Below, piece after piece: positions 1 through 8,708 of a stretch of DNA of 53,289 nucleotides. Below the pieces are notes generated by a model that saw only the letters and a program-made list of their open reading frames with translations, made no database searches and was not told the DNA's origin. The stretch lies in the IMG/VR virus record IMGVR_UViG_3300033434_000393, positions 1-53,289 of that record; one strand, given 5' to 3'. The DNA is from a virus. Lineage: Duplodnaviria > Caudoviricetes. A program made the position numbers and the translations under genes. Each line of letters starts with the position of its first letter. The first letter of the stretch is position 1.

Positions 1-1296
1 ATGGCAACTTTTAAAGCAACAATTTTTACAGGTGGCAAGCATATTAAGCAGGATGGCACTACTAATATTAAAATCCGTATTTATCACAATGGAGTACCTC
101 AGTATATAGCTACTCAATATTATATAAACCCTGAATACATGGGGAGTGACGGTACTATACTTCCGGTAACTGATAGCTGTGAAGAACTTAACTTTGAACT
201 AGGTAATCTTATACAGCAGTTTAGAGGCTCTTGTATCAAATTAGGAACTGATAGAACCCGTAAAATGAGCTGTAAGGAGTTAAAAGAGCAAATAGAAAAA
301 ACGGCAAATCCAGATTCAGAAGATATTGATTTTGTGGCGTTTGCGAGAGGAATTATTTCAAAAACGGTTAAAAGAAAGACGGCAAATTGGTATGAATCTT
401 CTCTGAACGCTTTAATTAATTTTCTTGGAAAAGAGAAAATTGACGTAAGAGATATAAAAAATAAGACATTGGAGGGGATGATGGAGTATCTGTATGCCAA
501 GAAAATAGGGAAGAATACAGATCGCACCATTGAACCTGGTACAATCAACAATTATCTGCGTGGTATTCGTTCCCTATATAACAAGGCCAAAAAAGAATAT
601 AATAATGAAGACTACGATATTATAAAGATGCCAAATAATCCATTCTCCAGAATAACCATCCCAGACTACACCCGTAAACGAAAGAATCTAAGCGTAGAGG
701 ATATAGTTAAAATACGGGATTCCAACTTTGATCGGGAACGAACCAATATGTCGCGCGATGTCTTTATGATGTTGTTCTATCTGATGGGTATGAATATGAA
801 TGATTTCTTTTCCTTGGCCAAGGAATCATACGGAAGGGTTGTGTATGAGCGTAGCAAAGTTACGACCGTGGATAATAAGAGTCGGTTCCCTTTGTCTATA
901 AGAATAGAGCCTGAACTAAGAAAGTTGGTAGATAAGTATAGCAATGGAACATTTCTCTCTTATTTCCGCATGAGATACTCTGATCCGAATAACTTTCTCA
1001 AGGCGGTGAATAGGGAATTGAAGGAAATATCCCAAGAGCTTAATCTTGGGGTTCCTCTATCTACTAACTGGGCACGGCATTCATGGGCGAGTATAGCACG
1101 TAACAAAGCCCGGATTGCAAAAGCAGACGTTGACTTTTGCCTTGGGCATGTGAACAATGATTATAAAATGGCGGATATTTATATTGATATTGATTATTCC
1201 GTCTGTGATCGTGCTAATAGGGCAACTTTAGACCTACTAAAAAGCACATCAGAAAAAAAAGAAGAAAAAAAAGAGCTTTTTTGTTTGCAGGAATAA
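1..1296 (+). CDS. int: Tyrosine integrase (Bacteroidetes arm-binding + SAM-like + catalytic domains)
   Basis: N-terminal IKIRIYH arm domain, TINNYLRGIRSLYN, ARHSWAS, LGH and C-terminal catalytic Tyr (ADIY). Confidence 0.92.
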   Translation: MATFKATIFTGGKHIKQDGTTNIKIRIYHNGVPQYIATQYYINPEYMGSDGTILPVTDSCEELNFELGNLIQQFRGSCIKLGTDRTRKMSCKELKEQIEKTANPDSEDIDFVAFARGIISKTVKRKTANWYESSLNALINFLGKEKIDVRDIKNKTLEGMMEYLYAKKIGKNTDRTIEPGTINNYLRGIRSLYNKAKKEYNNEDYDIIKMPNNPFSRITIPDYTRKRKNLSVEDIVKIRDSNFDRERTNMSRDVFMMLFYLMGMNMNDFFSLAKESYGRVVYERSKVTTVDNKSRFPLSIRIEPELRKLVDKYSNGTFLSYFRMRYSDPNNFLKAVNRELKEISQELNLGVPLSTNWARHSWASIARNKARIAKADVDFCLGHVNNDYKMADIYIDIDYSVCDRANRATLDLLKSTSEKKEEKKELFCLQE

Positions 1297-1314
1297 AAAG
1301 ACTCTTTATATTTG
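1284..1314 (+). promoter_or_regulatory. Bacteroidetes primary-sigma promoter for the replication operon leader
   Basis: TTTG (1284-1287), 19-nt spacer, TATATTTG (1307-1314): canonical -33/-7 arrangement. Confidence 0.85.
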
Positions 1315-1332
1315 CAGCCGTAAGGGACTTGA

Positions 1333-1362
1333 GCTGACTTCGTAATGAAGCCAGCCTTTTTT
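1333..1362 (+). terminator. Weak terminator/attenuator hairpin in the leader
   Basis: GCTG-A-CTTC/GTAAT/GAAG-C-CAGC followed by C and T6; one internal A-C mismatch on the + strand. Confidence 0.6.
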
Positions 1363-1417
1363 GTTTGTATACTACTTAAACGCATATTTCTATGCTATGT
1401 GCCTAACAAATTCGGTT

Positions 1418-2272
1418 ATGGCACTACAAAATTTAAAAAAAGTAAATGAGCAGCAAAGGCTTGAAAGCCTGAGTTCCGAACAAGCATACAAGGAGTTCTC
1501 CGGTATGTTTGAAAAGATGGCGTATCAATATAGCCCCTCCGAGGTCTTTCTTGATTTCATCGACTACTCTCTTATTATGTTCAGATGGTGGGAGAAAAAG
1601 AACGGTTTTTCAAGCCTCGAAAAAAAATATGGCGATAGATATTCCATGTTTCAAGAACTATTCACGCTTTATTCTATTGCGGCAGATAATGATGGCATAG
1701 GAATGCATGATGCGCTTGGCGATCTCTTCATGGATTTGGTTAGTCACGGCAATAACGGTCAGTTTTTCACTCCGGAAGAAGTGTGTGATATGAGCGCCGA
1801 TATAATTATCCAAGATTCAAAGGCCAAAGGAAATATTCTGGATCCTGCGTGTGGCAGTGGCCGCCTACTTCTATCTGCCGCCAAAAAGAATAGAGAGTTT
1901 CGTTTATACGGTTGCGATATTGATCAGACTTGCTGCAAGATGGCCGTTCTCAACCTTCTTTCTAATTCCCTACAAGGAGAGATAGCTTGTATGGACTCGT
2001 TAAGAATGGAATATAACTATTCTTGGAAAGTTGGGTATAATCATATCGTTGGCCTTCCTTGCCCCCTCCCTGTTTATGAATACATTACTGACAAAGAGAA
2101 ATCGACTCTTTGGAAACTTCACATTAACTCATTTGCACAGAATAATGCTGAACCGCCTAAAGCAGTTCCGGCAGAAATCGTTGTGCCTACTCCTCAGATA
2201 GCAATACCGGTACCAACTACAAGAAGCCGGGCTAGAAATAAATCAAACGAATTGCAACTAGAACTATTTTAA
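1418..2272 (+). CDS. HsdM/N6-MTase-like SAM-binding protein lacking motif IV, with C-terminal clamp-binding motif
   Basis: GQFFTP and LDPACGSG motifs; no NPPF/Y; ends QLELF; ATG at 1418 preferred over TTG at 1361, which lies in the T tract. Confidence 0.75.
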   Translation: MALQNLKKVNEQQRLESLSSEQAYKEFSGMFEKMAYQYSPSEVFLDFIDYSLIMFRWWEKKNGFSSLEKKYGDRYSMFQELFTLYSIAADNDGIGMHDALGDLFMDLVSHGNNGQFFTPEEVCDMSADIIIQDSKAKGNILDPACGSGRLLLSAAKKNREFRLYGCDIDQTCCKMAVLNLLSNSLQGEIACMDSLRMEYNYSWKVGYNHIVGLPCPLPVYEYITDKEKSTLWKLHINSFAQNNAEPPKAVPAEIVVPTPQIAIPVPTTRSRARNKSNELQLELF

Positions 2273-2282
2273 AATCAAAGTT

Positions 2283-3404
2283 ATGAAAATTACAGTATCA
2301 AAATCAGAGCTTTTCACTAAGCTATCCACAATTGGGAGAATAATCAATTCCAAAAATTTTCTTCCGGCTTATGATAACTTTATGTTCGTCATTGACGAAG
2401 ACGGGATTCTTAAAGTTACTGCCGGAGAAGAAGGCGGCCGGTTATCTGCAAACATTGAATGTGAAACTGACTGTGCGTGTCTATCCATGTTGATTGATGC
2501 AAAAACGATCTTGGAAGGCCTTAGGGAGATTTCTGAACAACCGATTTCAATAGGGATCGTTGACTTGGAAACAAATTACGGTATCAGTGTACATTATTCG
2601 AATGGACGCTTTGAACTGGTCGGAAAAAAAGCAGATGAATATCCGGCAATGGAAATTAAGAATTCTGAACCTTGTTTCTCTCTTGACGCAGAAAGCTTTT
2701 TAAATGGAATACGTCAGGTGCAAATCTGTTGTGCGAATGATGAGTTGCGCCCTATCATGAATGGAGTGTTCATCGAAAAAACATCTGATAGAATCACTTA
2801 TGTAGCGACTGATGGCCACAGTCTGGGGATGATCGATTCAGCATACGATTCAAAAGAACGTTCATCCTTTATCTTGCATGCCCGTATGTCCAAGATCTTA
2901 TCTAAGATAATACCAGCGACCGCGAGCTCGGTTATCATAACTGTAGGAGCCGGCAGTGTAAATATCGAATTTGGAGGTTATACTATGATTTGCCGATTGG
3001 TAGAGGGACGTTTTCCTAATTACCGTGCCGTTATCCCTTTGGACAATGATAGGATAGCCCGGTTTGAAAAAAACGAGATGATTTCAGCTTTAAAGAGGGT
3101 ATCTGTTTTCAGTAGCTTATGCACTTCTCTCATTGTTCTGAAATTCGATAAAGACAATGTTGTAACTATCACCGGACGTGATATCGACTTTTCCACGTCA
3201 GCAGAAGAAAAAGTCTCTGTCTCCTATTCAGGATCTCCTATTGAAATCGGTTTTAAGAGTTCTATTCTAATTGATCTATTGTCTAATATTCCATCCGATG
3301 AAGTAATAATGAGTATGAAGCATCCGACAAAGGCTACTATCATTAATCGTACTGATAATAATGATCTCACTTACCTAATCATGCCATTAGTCATCAATAA
3401 TTAA
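2283..3404 (+). CDS. dnaN: Phage-encoded DNA polymerase III beta sliding clamp
   Basis: 373 aa; ELRPIMNGV, VATDGHSL, RLVEGRFPNY, LIMPL motifs. Confidence 0.93.
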   Translation: MKITVSKSELFTKLSTIGRIINSKNFLPAYDNFMFVIDEDGILKVTAGEEGGRLSANIECETDCACLSMLIDAKTILEGLREISEQPISIGIVDLETNYGISVHYSNGRFELVGKKADEYPAMEIKNSEPCFSLDAESFLNGIRQVQICCANDELRPIMNGVFIEKTSDRITYVATDGHSLGMIDSAYDSKERSSFILHARMSKILSKIIPATASSVIITVGAGSVNIEFGGYTMICRLVEGRFPNYRAVIPLDNDRIARFEKNEMISALKRVSVFSSLCTSLIVLKFDKDNVVTITGRDIDFSTSAEEKVSVSYSGSPIEIGFKSSILIDLLSNIPSDEVIMSMKHPTKATIINRTDNNDLTYLIMPLVINN

Positions 3405-3421
3405 TATGCGGAGGAAAGTAT

Positions 3422-3829
3422 ATGAAAACAAGTGATGCATTTAAAAAGACAATCAAGTCTTATCTCGAACAACGGGCAAAGGAAGATGAATTGTTTGCCG
3501 TTTCCTATGCCAAAGAAAACAAGAACATTGATGAATGCTGCAACTTCATTCTGCAGCAAGTACAGAAAAGCGGCTGTAATGGGTTCGGTGATGATGAAAT
3601 CTTCGGTATAGCCGTTCATTACTATGACGAAGACAACATCAAGGATATCAAGCCTATCAATTGTAATGTAGTGGTGAATCACTCAGTAGAGCTAACGGAA
3701 GAAGATAAGAAAGCAGCTCATGAATTGGCCATGAAAAAACTAGTTGATGAACATCATGCTTTGCTCAAGAAGAAGCCAGCGGCTAAGAAGAAAGAAGAAA
3801 CAGGAGTTGAACAAATGTGCTTATTCTAA
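3422..3829 (+). CDS. PcfK-like protein (family includes AcrIIA9)
   Basis: FKKTIKSYLEQRAKEDELFA...KNIDECCNFI...GFGDDEIFGIAVHYYDE; lies upstream of PcfJ. Confidence 0.85.
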   Translation: MKTSDAFKKTIKSYLEQRAKEDELFAVSYAKENKNIDECCNFILQQVQKSGCNGFGDDEIFGIAVHYYDEDNIKDIKPINCNVVVNHSVELTEEDKKAAHELAMKKLVDEHHALLKKKPAAKKKEETGVEQMCLF

Positions 3830-3830
3830 T

Positions 3831-4034
3831 ATGGGGAAAAGATATCTTAAGGCTATTGCCTACAGAGCGATAGCGGCAAATCGAATTTTAATTTCAAGCG
3901 ATCTTGATCTTGGTAAATATAGTTCAAGAGATGTTTCTGCTATCGTTAACTATATTGATAAAATATCTGATAGTCTTATTAAGAAGGCGGAACAGTTAGA
4001 AAAGCCAGTTAAAATAAAACTATATAAATCGTAG
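3831..4034 (+). CDS. Hypothetical protein (67 aa)
   Basis: ATG 1 nt after the PcfK stop; tight operon packing. Confidence 0.6.
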   Translation: MGKRYLKAIAYRAIAANRILISSDLDLGKYSSRDVSAIVNYIDKISDSLIKKAEQLEKPVKIKLYKS

Positions 4035-4038
4035 TTAT

Positions 4039-4722
4039 ATGGAACTGATAAAAGAACAAATAAGAGTTCATGCGCATAGTGGTTATAGTTCAAGCCCGCA
4101 CGAATTTACGGATGAACAACTAGACTTTATCATTGCACATGATAGTCAATGTGATAATTGTGGTAAATCGATATACGAGATGTGCGATTTTCCAGAAGTT
4201 TTAATTGACAAGGATGAACTCCTTTGTGAAGAATGCTATGATGATGAATATAGGACAACGTGTCCTTTATGCGAGGAGTACTATGAAAAGGAAGATATGA
4301 CAGATTATTTCTTTATTACAAAAGATATTTCAAAACAGGTGCATAAGCCCGTCGGAATGTACAAAATACTAAAATATCCTTTTTATTATGGAGATTGTAT
4401 CTCTGGTTTTGATGCCTTTTTTGATGATGTTATTGAAAAAGTATCTGATTTGAATATAGAAGAAGCTTATTCAATTATAAACCCGAATAATAAAGAAGAG
4501 GTTCTAATGGATTGTATTTGTCCTGATTGTGCTGAGAAATATTTAAGGAAAGACTACTTTATTAAAGCTGAACCATATTATTGCCTTTTAATGCCCAAAG
4601 AACGGAATAGACTCTTTAAAGATTATTCTGATGAACTCCTTCATAGAAAAAGGCAAGATATGATCCATAGAAGAATAACGTTTAGAGGATTATTACAAAA
4701 AGCTAATGTAAAGAGACCATGA
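4039..4722 (+). CDS. Cys-rich zinc-binding hypothetical protein
   Basis: Multiple CxxC pairs (CDNC, CEEC, CPLC, CPDC). Confidence 0.7.
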   Translation: MELIKEQIRVHAHSGYSSSPHEFTDEQLDFIIAHDSQCDNCGKSIYEMCDFPEVLIDKDELLCEECYDDEYRTTCPLCEEYYEKEDMTDYFFITKDISKQVHKPVGMYKILKYPFYYGDCISGFDAFFDDVIEKVSDLNIEEAYSIINPNNKEEVLMDCICPDCAEKYLRKDYFIKAEPYYCLLMPKERNRLFKDYSDELLHRKRQDMIHRRITFRGLLQKANVKRP

Positions 4723-6002
4723 AACCGAAAACTAAGTTACAGAAACAGGTAGCCGAGTTGAGTACTAAGCTGCCTGCGCTTACAGATAAGCAAAGAAAAT
4801 GGGCGATTGAGCATTGCTTTGAAAAGGAAGGATACCTCCGCAAAAAATCTGTTTGGTGTACTGAATGTGGTCATACATGGGAACCATTTGAGGGGTCCCT
4901 ATTATTGCAATTGACAGGCATTGTTTGTCCCCACTGTGGAAAACAACTTAAAATAGAAAGCGGGCTTAAACGAAAGAGTGATATAAGCGAGTATTATACT
5001 ATTATTACCTGTTTTAAAGGCTTCCAAGTACTCCGGCATTTTGTTGCCCGTAAGACATGCAGAGTTGGCTATCCAGCTCATTATGAGGTTAACGAGGCTG
5101 TACAGAATTGGATTACATCGGAAGGGAAAGAGACACTTATGTACCGTTCTACAAAAATGAGCTTCATGTACGTTGATTTATGGGATTGGGGATCACCATT
5201 GGAAATCAGGACACGATCTGCGAATAGAATGAAGTATGACATCTTTGCGCAATACATATATCCAGTACGCCGATACATTCCTAGCTTAACGAGGAATGGA
5301 TTCAAAGGACGCTTCCATGGTATTTCTCCATTAAGCTTGTTTAAAATGTTACTTTCAAATAGCAAGGCTGAAACTTTAATCAAGTCTAGACAATACTCGC
5401 TATTAAAGTACTTACGTAATCATGGCGATATTAATTGCTGGCCATCAGTGAGAATCTGTCTTCGCAACAACTATATCGTGAAAGATGCTTCAATGTGGAT
5501 TGACTATATCCTAATGCTTACTAATCTAGGAAAGGATGTACGTAATGCTAAATACGCCTGCCCTAGTGATTTAAGAACTGCACACGATAAAGCCCTTAAA
5601 AAGGTTCAGGATATTAAAGCTTTGAGACAAATAGAAGAGAACCGAAAAGATGCTGCAAAATATGAGGATCAATATCGCAAAATGAAGGCTAAATTTTTAG
5701 GCCTTGAATTTACTGATGGATTGATAAAAATTGCAGTGCTACATAGTGTGCAAGAGTTCTTAGAAGAGGGAGCTACAATGCACCATTGTGTATTCGGTGC
5801 CCAATATTATACTAAGGAAGACTCTCTTATCCTCTCTGCCCGCATTAACGACAAACGCATTGAAACCGTTGAAGTGTCTTTGAGGACGCTTGATGTGGTC
5901 CAGTCCCGTGGCGTTTGCAATAAGAGTACGGAATACCACGACCGGATAGTTGGGTTAGTAAAAAAGAACATAAATCTCATTCGTCAGAAAATGACGGCAT
6001 AA
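4719..6002 (+). CDS. PcfJ domain protein
   Basis: MKPKTKLQ start, zinc ribbon, EEGATMHHCV and RIETVEV motifs. Confidence 0.88.
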   Translation: MKPKTKLQKQVAELSTKLPALTDKQRKWAIEHCFEKEGYLRKKSVWCTECGHTWEPFEGSLLLQLTGIVCPHCGKQLKIESGLKRKSDISEYYTIITCFKGFQVLRHFVARKTCRVGYPAHYEVNEAVQNWITSEGKETLMYRSTKMSFMYVDLWDWGSPLEIRTRSANRMKYDIFAQYIYPVRRYIPSLTRNGFKGRFHGISPLSLFKMLLSNSKAETLIKSRQYSLLKYLRNHGDINCWPSVRICLRNNYIVKDASMWIDYILMLTNLGKDVRNAKYACPSDLRTAHDKALKKVQDIKALRQIEENRKDAAKYEDQYRKMKAKFLGLEFTDGLIKIAVLHSVQEFLEEGATMHHCVFGAQYYTKEDSLILSARINDKRIETVEVSLRTLDVVQSRGVCNKSTEYHDRIVGLVKKNINLIRQKMTA

Positions 6003-6015
6003 AGGTACTAAGTAA

Positions 6016-6801
6016 ATGGATGGATATACATTAACGGAGAAGATGAGAAAAGCACGTAGAAGTTTCAGGTTTACCGCAGTCGAACAAGCCCTTTTCTATG
6101 AACTAGTGGCTATTTGTAATGGCGAGGACTGGAGGGACATCTTTGATTGCTCGAACATTGAACTCTGTTGTGCACTAAGCATCAGTGAAAAGACTTTAGT
6201 TAAAGCCAGGGAAACATTGATTAATGCGGGATTATTCTACTATAAATCGGGTAAGAGTAAAAGAGCTGTTTGTTCTTACTCCTTTATAAAACCGCTTAGA
6301 ACTACCGGAAATATTCCGGTAGATAGTATAACCGATGAGGGAGCCAATAGTACAGCCAATAAGGGAGCCAATAGTACAGCCAATCCTTCAGACTATATTA
6401 AAACTAAAACAAAAACAAAAAATTCTCTCTCCCCCACGCGTGCGCGAGAAGGTCATGCCGCTGGAGATTTATTCCCGGATAGTGATGTATTTGAAAAATC
6501 GCTAGAGGAATGTTTCGATGAGCTAAGAGCAAATCAAAGCTGGAAAGAAACCTTTTGCATGAACATTCGGATACGAGATAAAACTTTTATGCCGGCTGAT
6601 TTTGACCAGTACTTGCAGAGCTTCTTCCGTAAGCTTGCTAACGAGGGCGAGACTAAAAAAGCGCCCAAAGACGCTATGAGCCACTTCGCACGATGGCTGG
6701 ATATTGAACTTAAAAACAAAAAAGATGGAAAAACAAATCAAAAAGGATCCGATACAGCTAGTGGGGAACCTGTTAAAGTCCGCTCGATCAGCATCCCATG
6801 A
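6016..6801 (+). CDS. Replication initiator (lambda O-like, N-terminal wHTH)
   Basis: HTH-like N-terminus, internal iteron repeats, directly upstream of a DnaC-like ATPase. Confidence 0.75.
   Translation: MDGYTLTEKMRKARRSFRFTAVEQALFYELVAICNGEDWRDIFDCSNIELCCALSISEKTLVKARETLINAGLFYYKSGKSKRAVCSYSFIKPLRTTGNIPVDSITDEGANSTANKGANSTANPSDYIKTKTKTKNSLSPTRAREGHAAGDLFPDSDVFEKSLEECFDELRANQSWKETFCMNIRIRDKTFMPADFDQYLQSFFRKLANEGETKKAPKDAMSHFARWLDIELKNKKDGKTNQKGSDTASGEPVKVRSISIP
6303..6430. repeat. Probable replication origin: palindrome, iterons and A-rich tract
   Basis: Inverted repeat TACCGGAA/TTCCGGTA at 6303-6321; 23-nt repeat at 6338-6360 and 6362-6384 giving four AGCCAAT at 12-nt period; A-rich tract about 6397-6422. 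Confidence 0.7.
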
Positions 6802-7420
6802 GGAATACACTCCGGAGCAGCTGAAAAAGATACGCCAAGATCAGACGGATAAGTTCCTGTTGGCTTGCCAGAAAGAATGCCCCTCCTTCTCAGTCAGCGA
6901 CATGAACCGGAATCTGATAAATGAAATATTCCTGTATGCCAACGGACGAAGTCAGGTTTTTGATTCCGCTAAAGGTCTTTGGCTGTATGGCCCTGTGGGT
7001 ACCGGGAAATCAACGATTATTCAGATTTTGCGTACTTATGATTTTCTTTCAAAATTAGACGATATCGGGTGGAAATCTTCCGGAGGTTTTGGCATTGTAT
7101 CCGCTTCTATGGTGTCTAACCAATTCGCTCGTAAAGGGCTTGATGGCATTGATCGGTACGCCTACAACAATGGCAAACCTGAAACATGGGCTTTCGATGA
7201 AGTTGGTCGGGAACCAAAGCCGACGAAGTACTTTGGCACGGAAATGAACGTGATGCAGTTCGTCTTTCAAACTCGGTATGAGTTCAGGTGCAAATGCTTG
7301 ACGCATGTAACCACTAACATGTCTCCGGAAGATATTACGCCCAAATACGGTGATTATATCGCCGACAGGGTGAATGAGATGTTTAATGTTGTCGAGATAA
7401 AGGGAGAAAGCAGAAGATAA
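6725..7420 (+). CDS. DnaC/IstB-like helicase-loader ATPase
   Basis: Walker A GPVGTGKST, Walker B FDEVG, TTN, YGDYIADRVNEMF. Confidence 0.85.
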   Translation: MEKQIKKDPIQLVGNLLKSARSASHEEYTPEQLKKIRQDQTDKFLLACQKECPSFSVSDMNRNLINEIFLYANGRSQVFDSAKGLWLYGPVGTGKSTIIQILRTYDFLSKLDDIGWKSSGGFGIVSASMVSNQFARKGLDGIDRYAYNNGKPETWAFDEVGREPKPTKYFGTEMNVMQFVFQTRYEFRCKCLTHVTTNMSPEDITPKYGDYIADRVNEMFNVVEIKGESRR

Positions 7421-7496
7421 AACAAAGGCGGCCTGTACACCACTACAAACCGCCCGTTATAAGCCATAAAGCCTATTCAAACACACCACAAATATA
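7419..7496 (-). ncRNA. Putative antisense sRNA (about 65 nt, plus its -7 box) upstream of the sigma-like gene
   Basis: Minus-strand TATATTTG at 7496-7489; 11-bp hairpin GGCGGUUUGUA/UACAGGCCGCC (G-U pairs only on the minus strand) followed by UUUGUUUU. Confidence 0.65.
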
Positions 7497-7514
7497 AGAA
7501 AAACTTTATGACTT

Positions 7515-8078
7515 ATGGTAAGTGCTGCGGTAAATAATTACATAGGGAAAAGATATGATCGATGGTTGGATTATGCATCATACCATTGCGGAATCGTAGG
7601 TATTCCGGATGAGGCTAACGATGTGCTGAATGAAGTATTATACTCACTATTGCAGAAGAGTGACAAGCTGCTCGAACGATTGCTCTCAACGAAAAAGAAC
7701 GGTTATACAGAGCTTGACTTCTTTGTGCTGAGAATGATTAAGCTTAATGCTACTTCGCCCACGTCTCCATATCAGAGTAAGTACAAGCGTATTCCTTCGG
7801 ATGATAACGTGGACTATACAGCGATTGAGATTGAAGATGCTCAGGAAGATGATACTGATATTTCGGGAATAGTTTTGGAAAGGATGCACCAGCTTCGTGA
7901 TGTATTTGAAAGCCTTGATCTATCCCCTCTTGCAAAGCGAGTGTTTGAGTTCCATTTCTTTCAAGATAGTAACTTTTCCGATTGGGATGGTGAGGAAACT
8001 CCGAAGCAATTGTACGAGATATACAATAAAGTGCAATCCTTGATCAAGAGGAAGTTGTCGGGGGAGTTTATCTTTTGA
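7515..8078 (+). CDS. ECF-sigma-like late transcription regulator
   Basis: Region-2-like ANDVLNEV and region-4-like LSPLAKRVFEF; sits between replication and packaging modules. Confidence 0.7.
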   Translation: MVSAAVNNYIGKRYDRWLDYASYHCGIVGIPDEANDVLNEVLYSLLQKSDKLLERLLSTKKNGYTELDFFVLRMIKLNATSPTSPYQSKYKRIPSDDNVDYTAIEIEDAQEDDTDISGIVLERMHQLRDVFESLDLSPLAKRVFEFHFFQDSNFSDWDGEETPKQLYEIYNKVQSLIKRKLSGEFIF

Positions 8079-8234
8079 TGGTGGTTCATGTGGTGCAACA
8101 GATAGCGCAACTAGTAGTCTTTGTTGATGAATTGATTGTTAAGATGAACGTATTCTTTTTAATAAAACAGTTAATAATGAGCTTATTTGATGTAAAAGAG
8201 GTGCAAATAAGAACACTGTATATAATTTATATGT

Positions 8235-8242
8235 TATATTTG
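8235..8242 (+). promoter_or_regulatory. -7 promoter element for the TA moron
   Basis: TATATTTG ending about 31 nt before the ATG at 8274. Confidence 0.6.
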
Positions 8243-8273
8243 TATACTAATTAATTATAATAGAAAATAAGTC

Positions 8274-8708
8274 ATGGCATACAGTGTTTTAGATGTAGCT
8301 AATAAAATATTGGCATATGGGGCAGAACGTGATGGAGGGGAGTTGATATCAAATCTTAAACTTCAAAAGTTGTTGTATTATATGCAAGGCTTTTATTTAG
8401 CTTATTTCCATGAGTCTCTCTTTGATGAAGAAATTGAAGCTTGGCAATATGGCCCAGTAGTTCCAGTTGTGTACGAACATTACAAGGATAATGGAAGTGC
8501 TGGAATTTCGCCGAGTGGTCAATCTCTAATTTTCAATTTGCCAAAAGAAGAAACTTTGTTTAATGAGGTCTTTAGAGTTTATGGTGATTATTCTGCAATT
8601 GGTTTGATGAATCTTACGCATAGTGAAATGCCTTGGAAATCGACAAAAATAGGAGATGTTATAGAAAAACAGAAGCTAAATTCTTTTTTTGGGAAAAGAC
8701 TTAAATAA
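8274..8708 (+). CDS. Panacea/SocA (DUF4065) antitoxin
   Basis: ISNLKLQKLLYY, IEAWQYGPVV and THSEMPW motifs. Confidence 0.9.
   Translation: MAYSVLDVANKILAYGAERDGGELISNLKLQKLLYYMQGFYLAYFHESLFDEEIEAWQYGPVVPVVYEHYKDNGSAGISPSGQSLIFNLPKEETLFNEVFRVYGDYSAIGLMNLTHSEMPWKSTKIGDVIEKQKLNSFFGKRLK

Noticed and set aside
760-810. Integrase has GMN where GxR is expected, suggesting inactivity
   Set aside because: This variant is, to my knowledge, common in Bacteroidetes integrases, and the other catalytic residues are present
1361-1417. ORF-track N-terminal extensions (also 38674, 12343, 45250, 47790)
   Set aside because: They overlap promoters, terminators or neighbouring genes; downstream ATGs fit better
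6338-6384. Tandem repeat as a CRISPR array
   Set aside because: Only two units, no spacers, inside a coding region; no cas genes in the window
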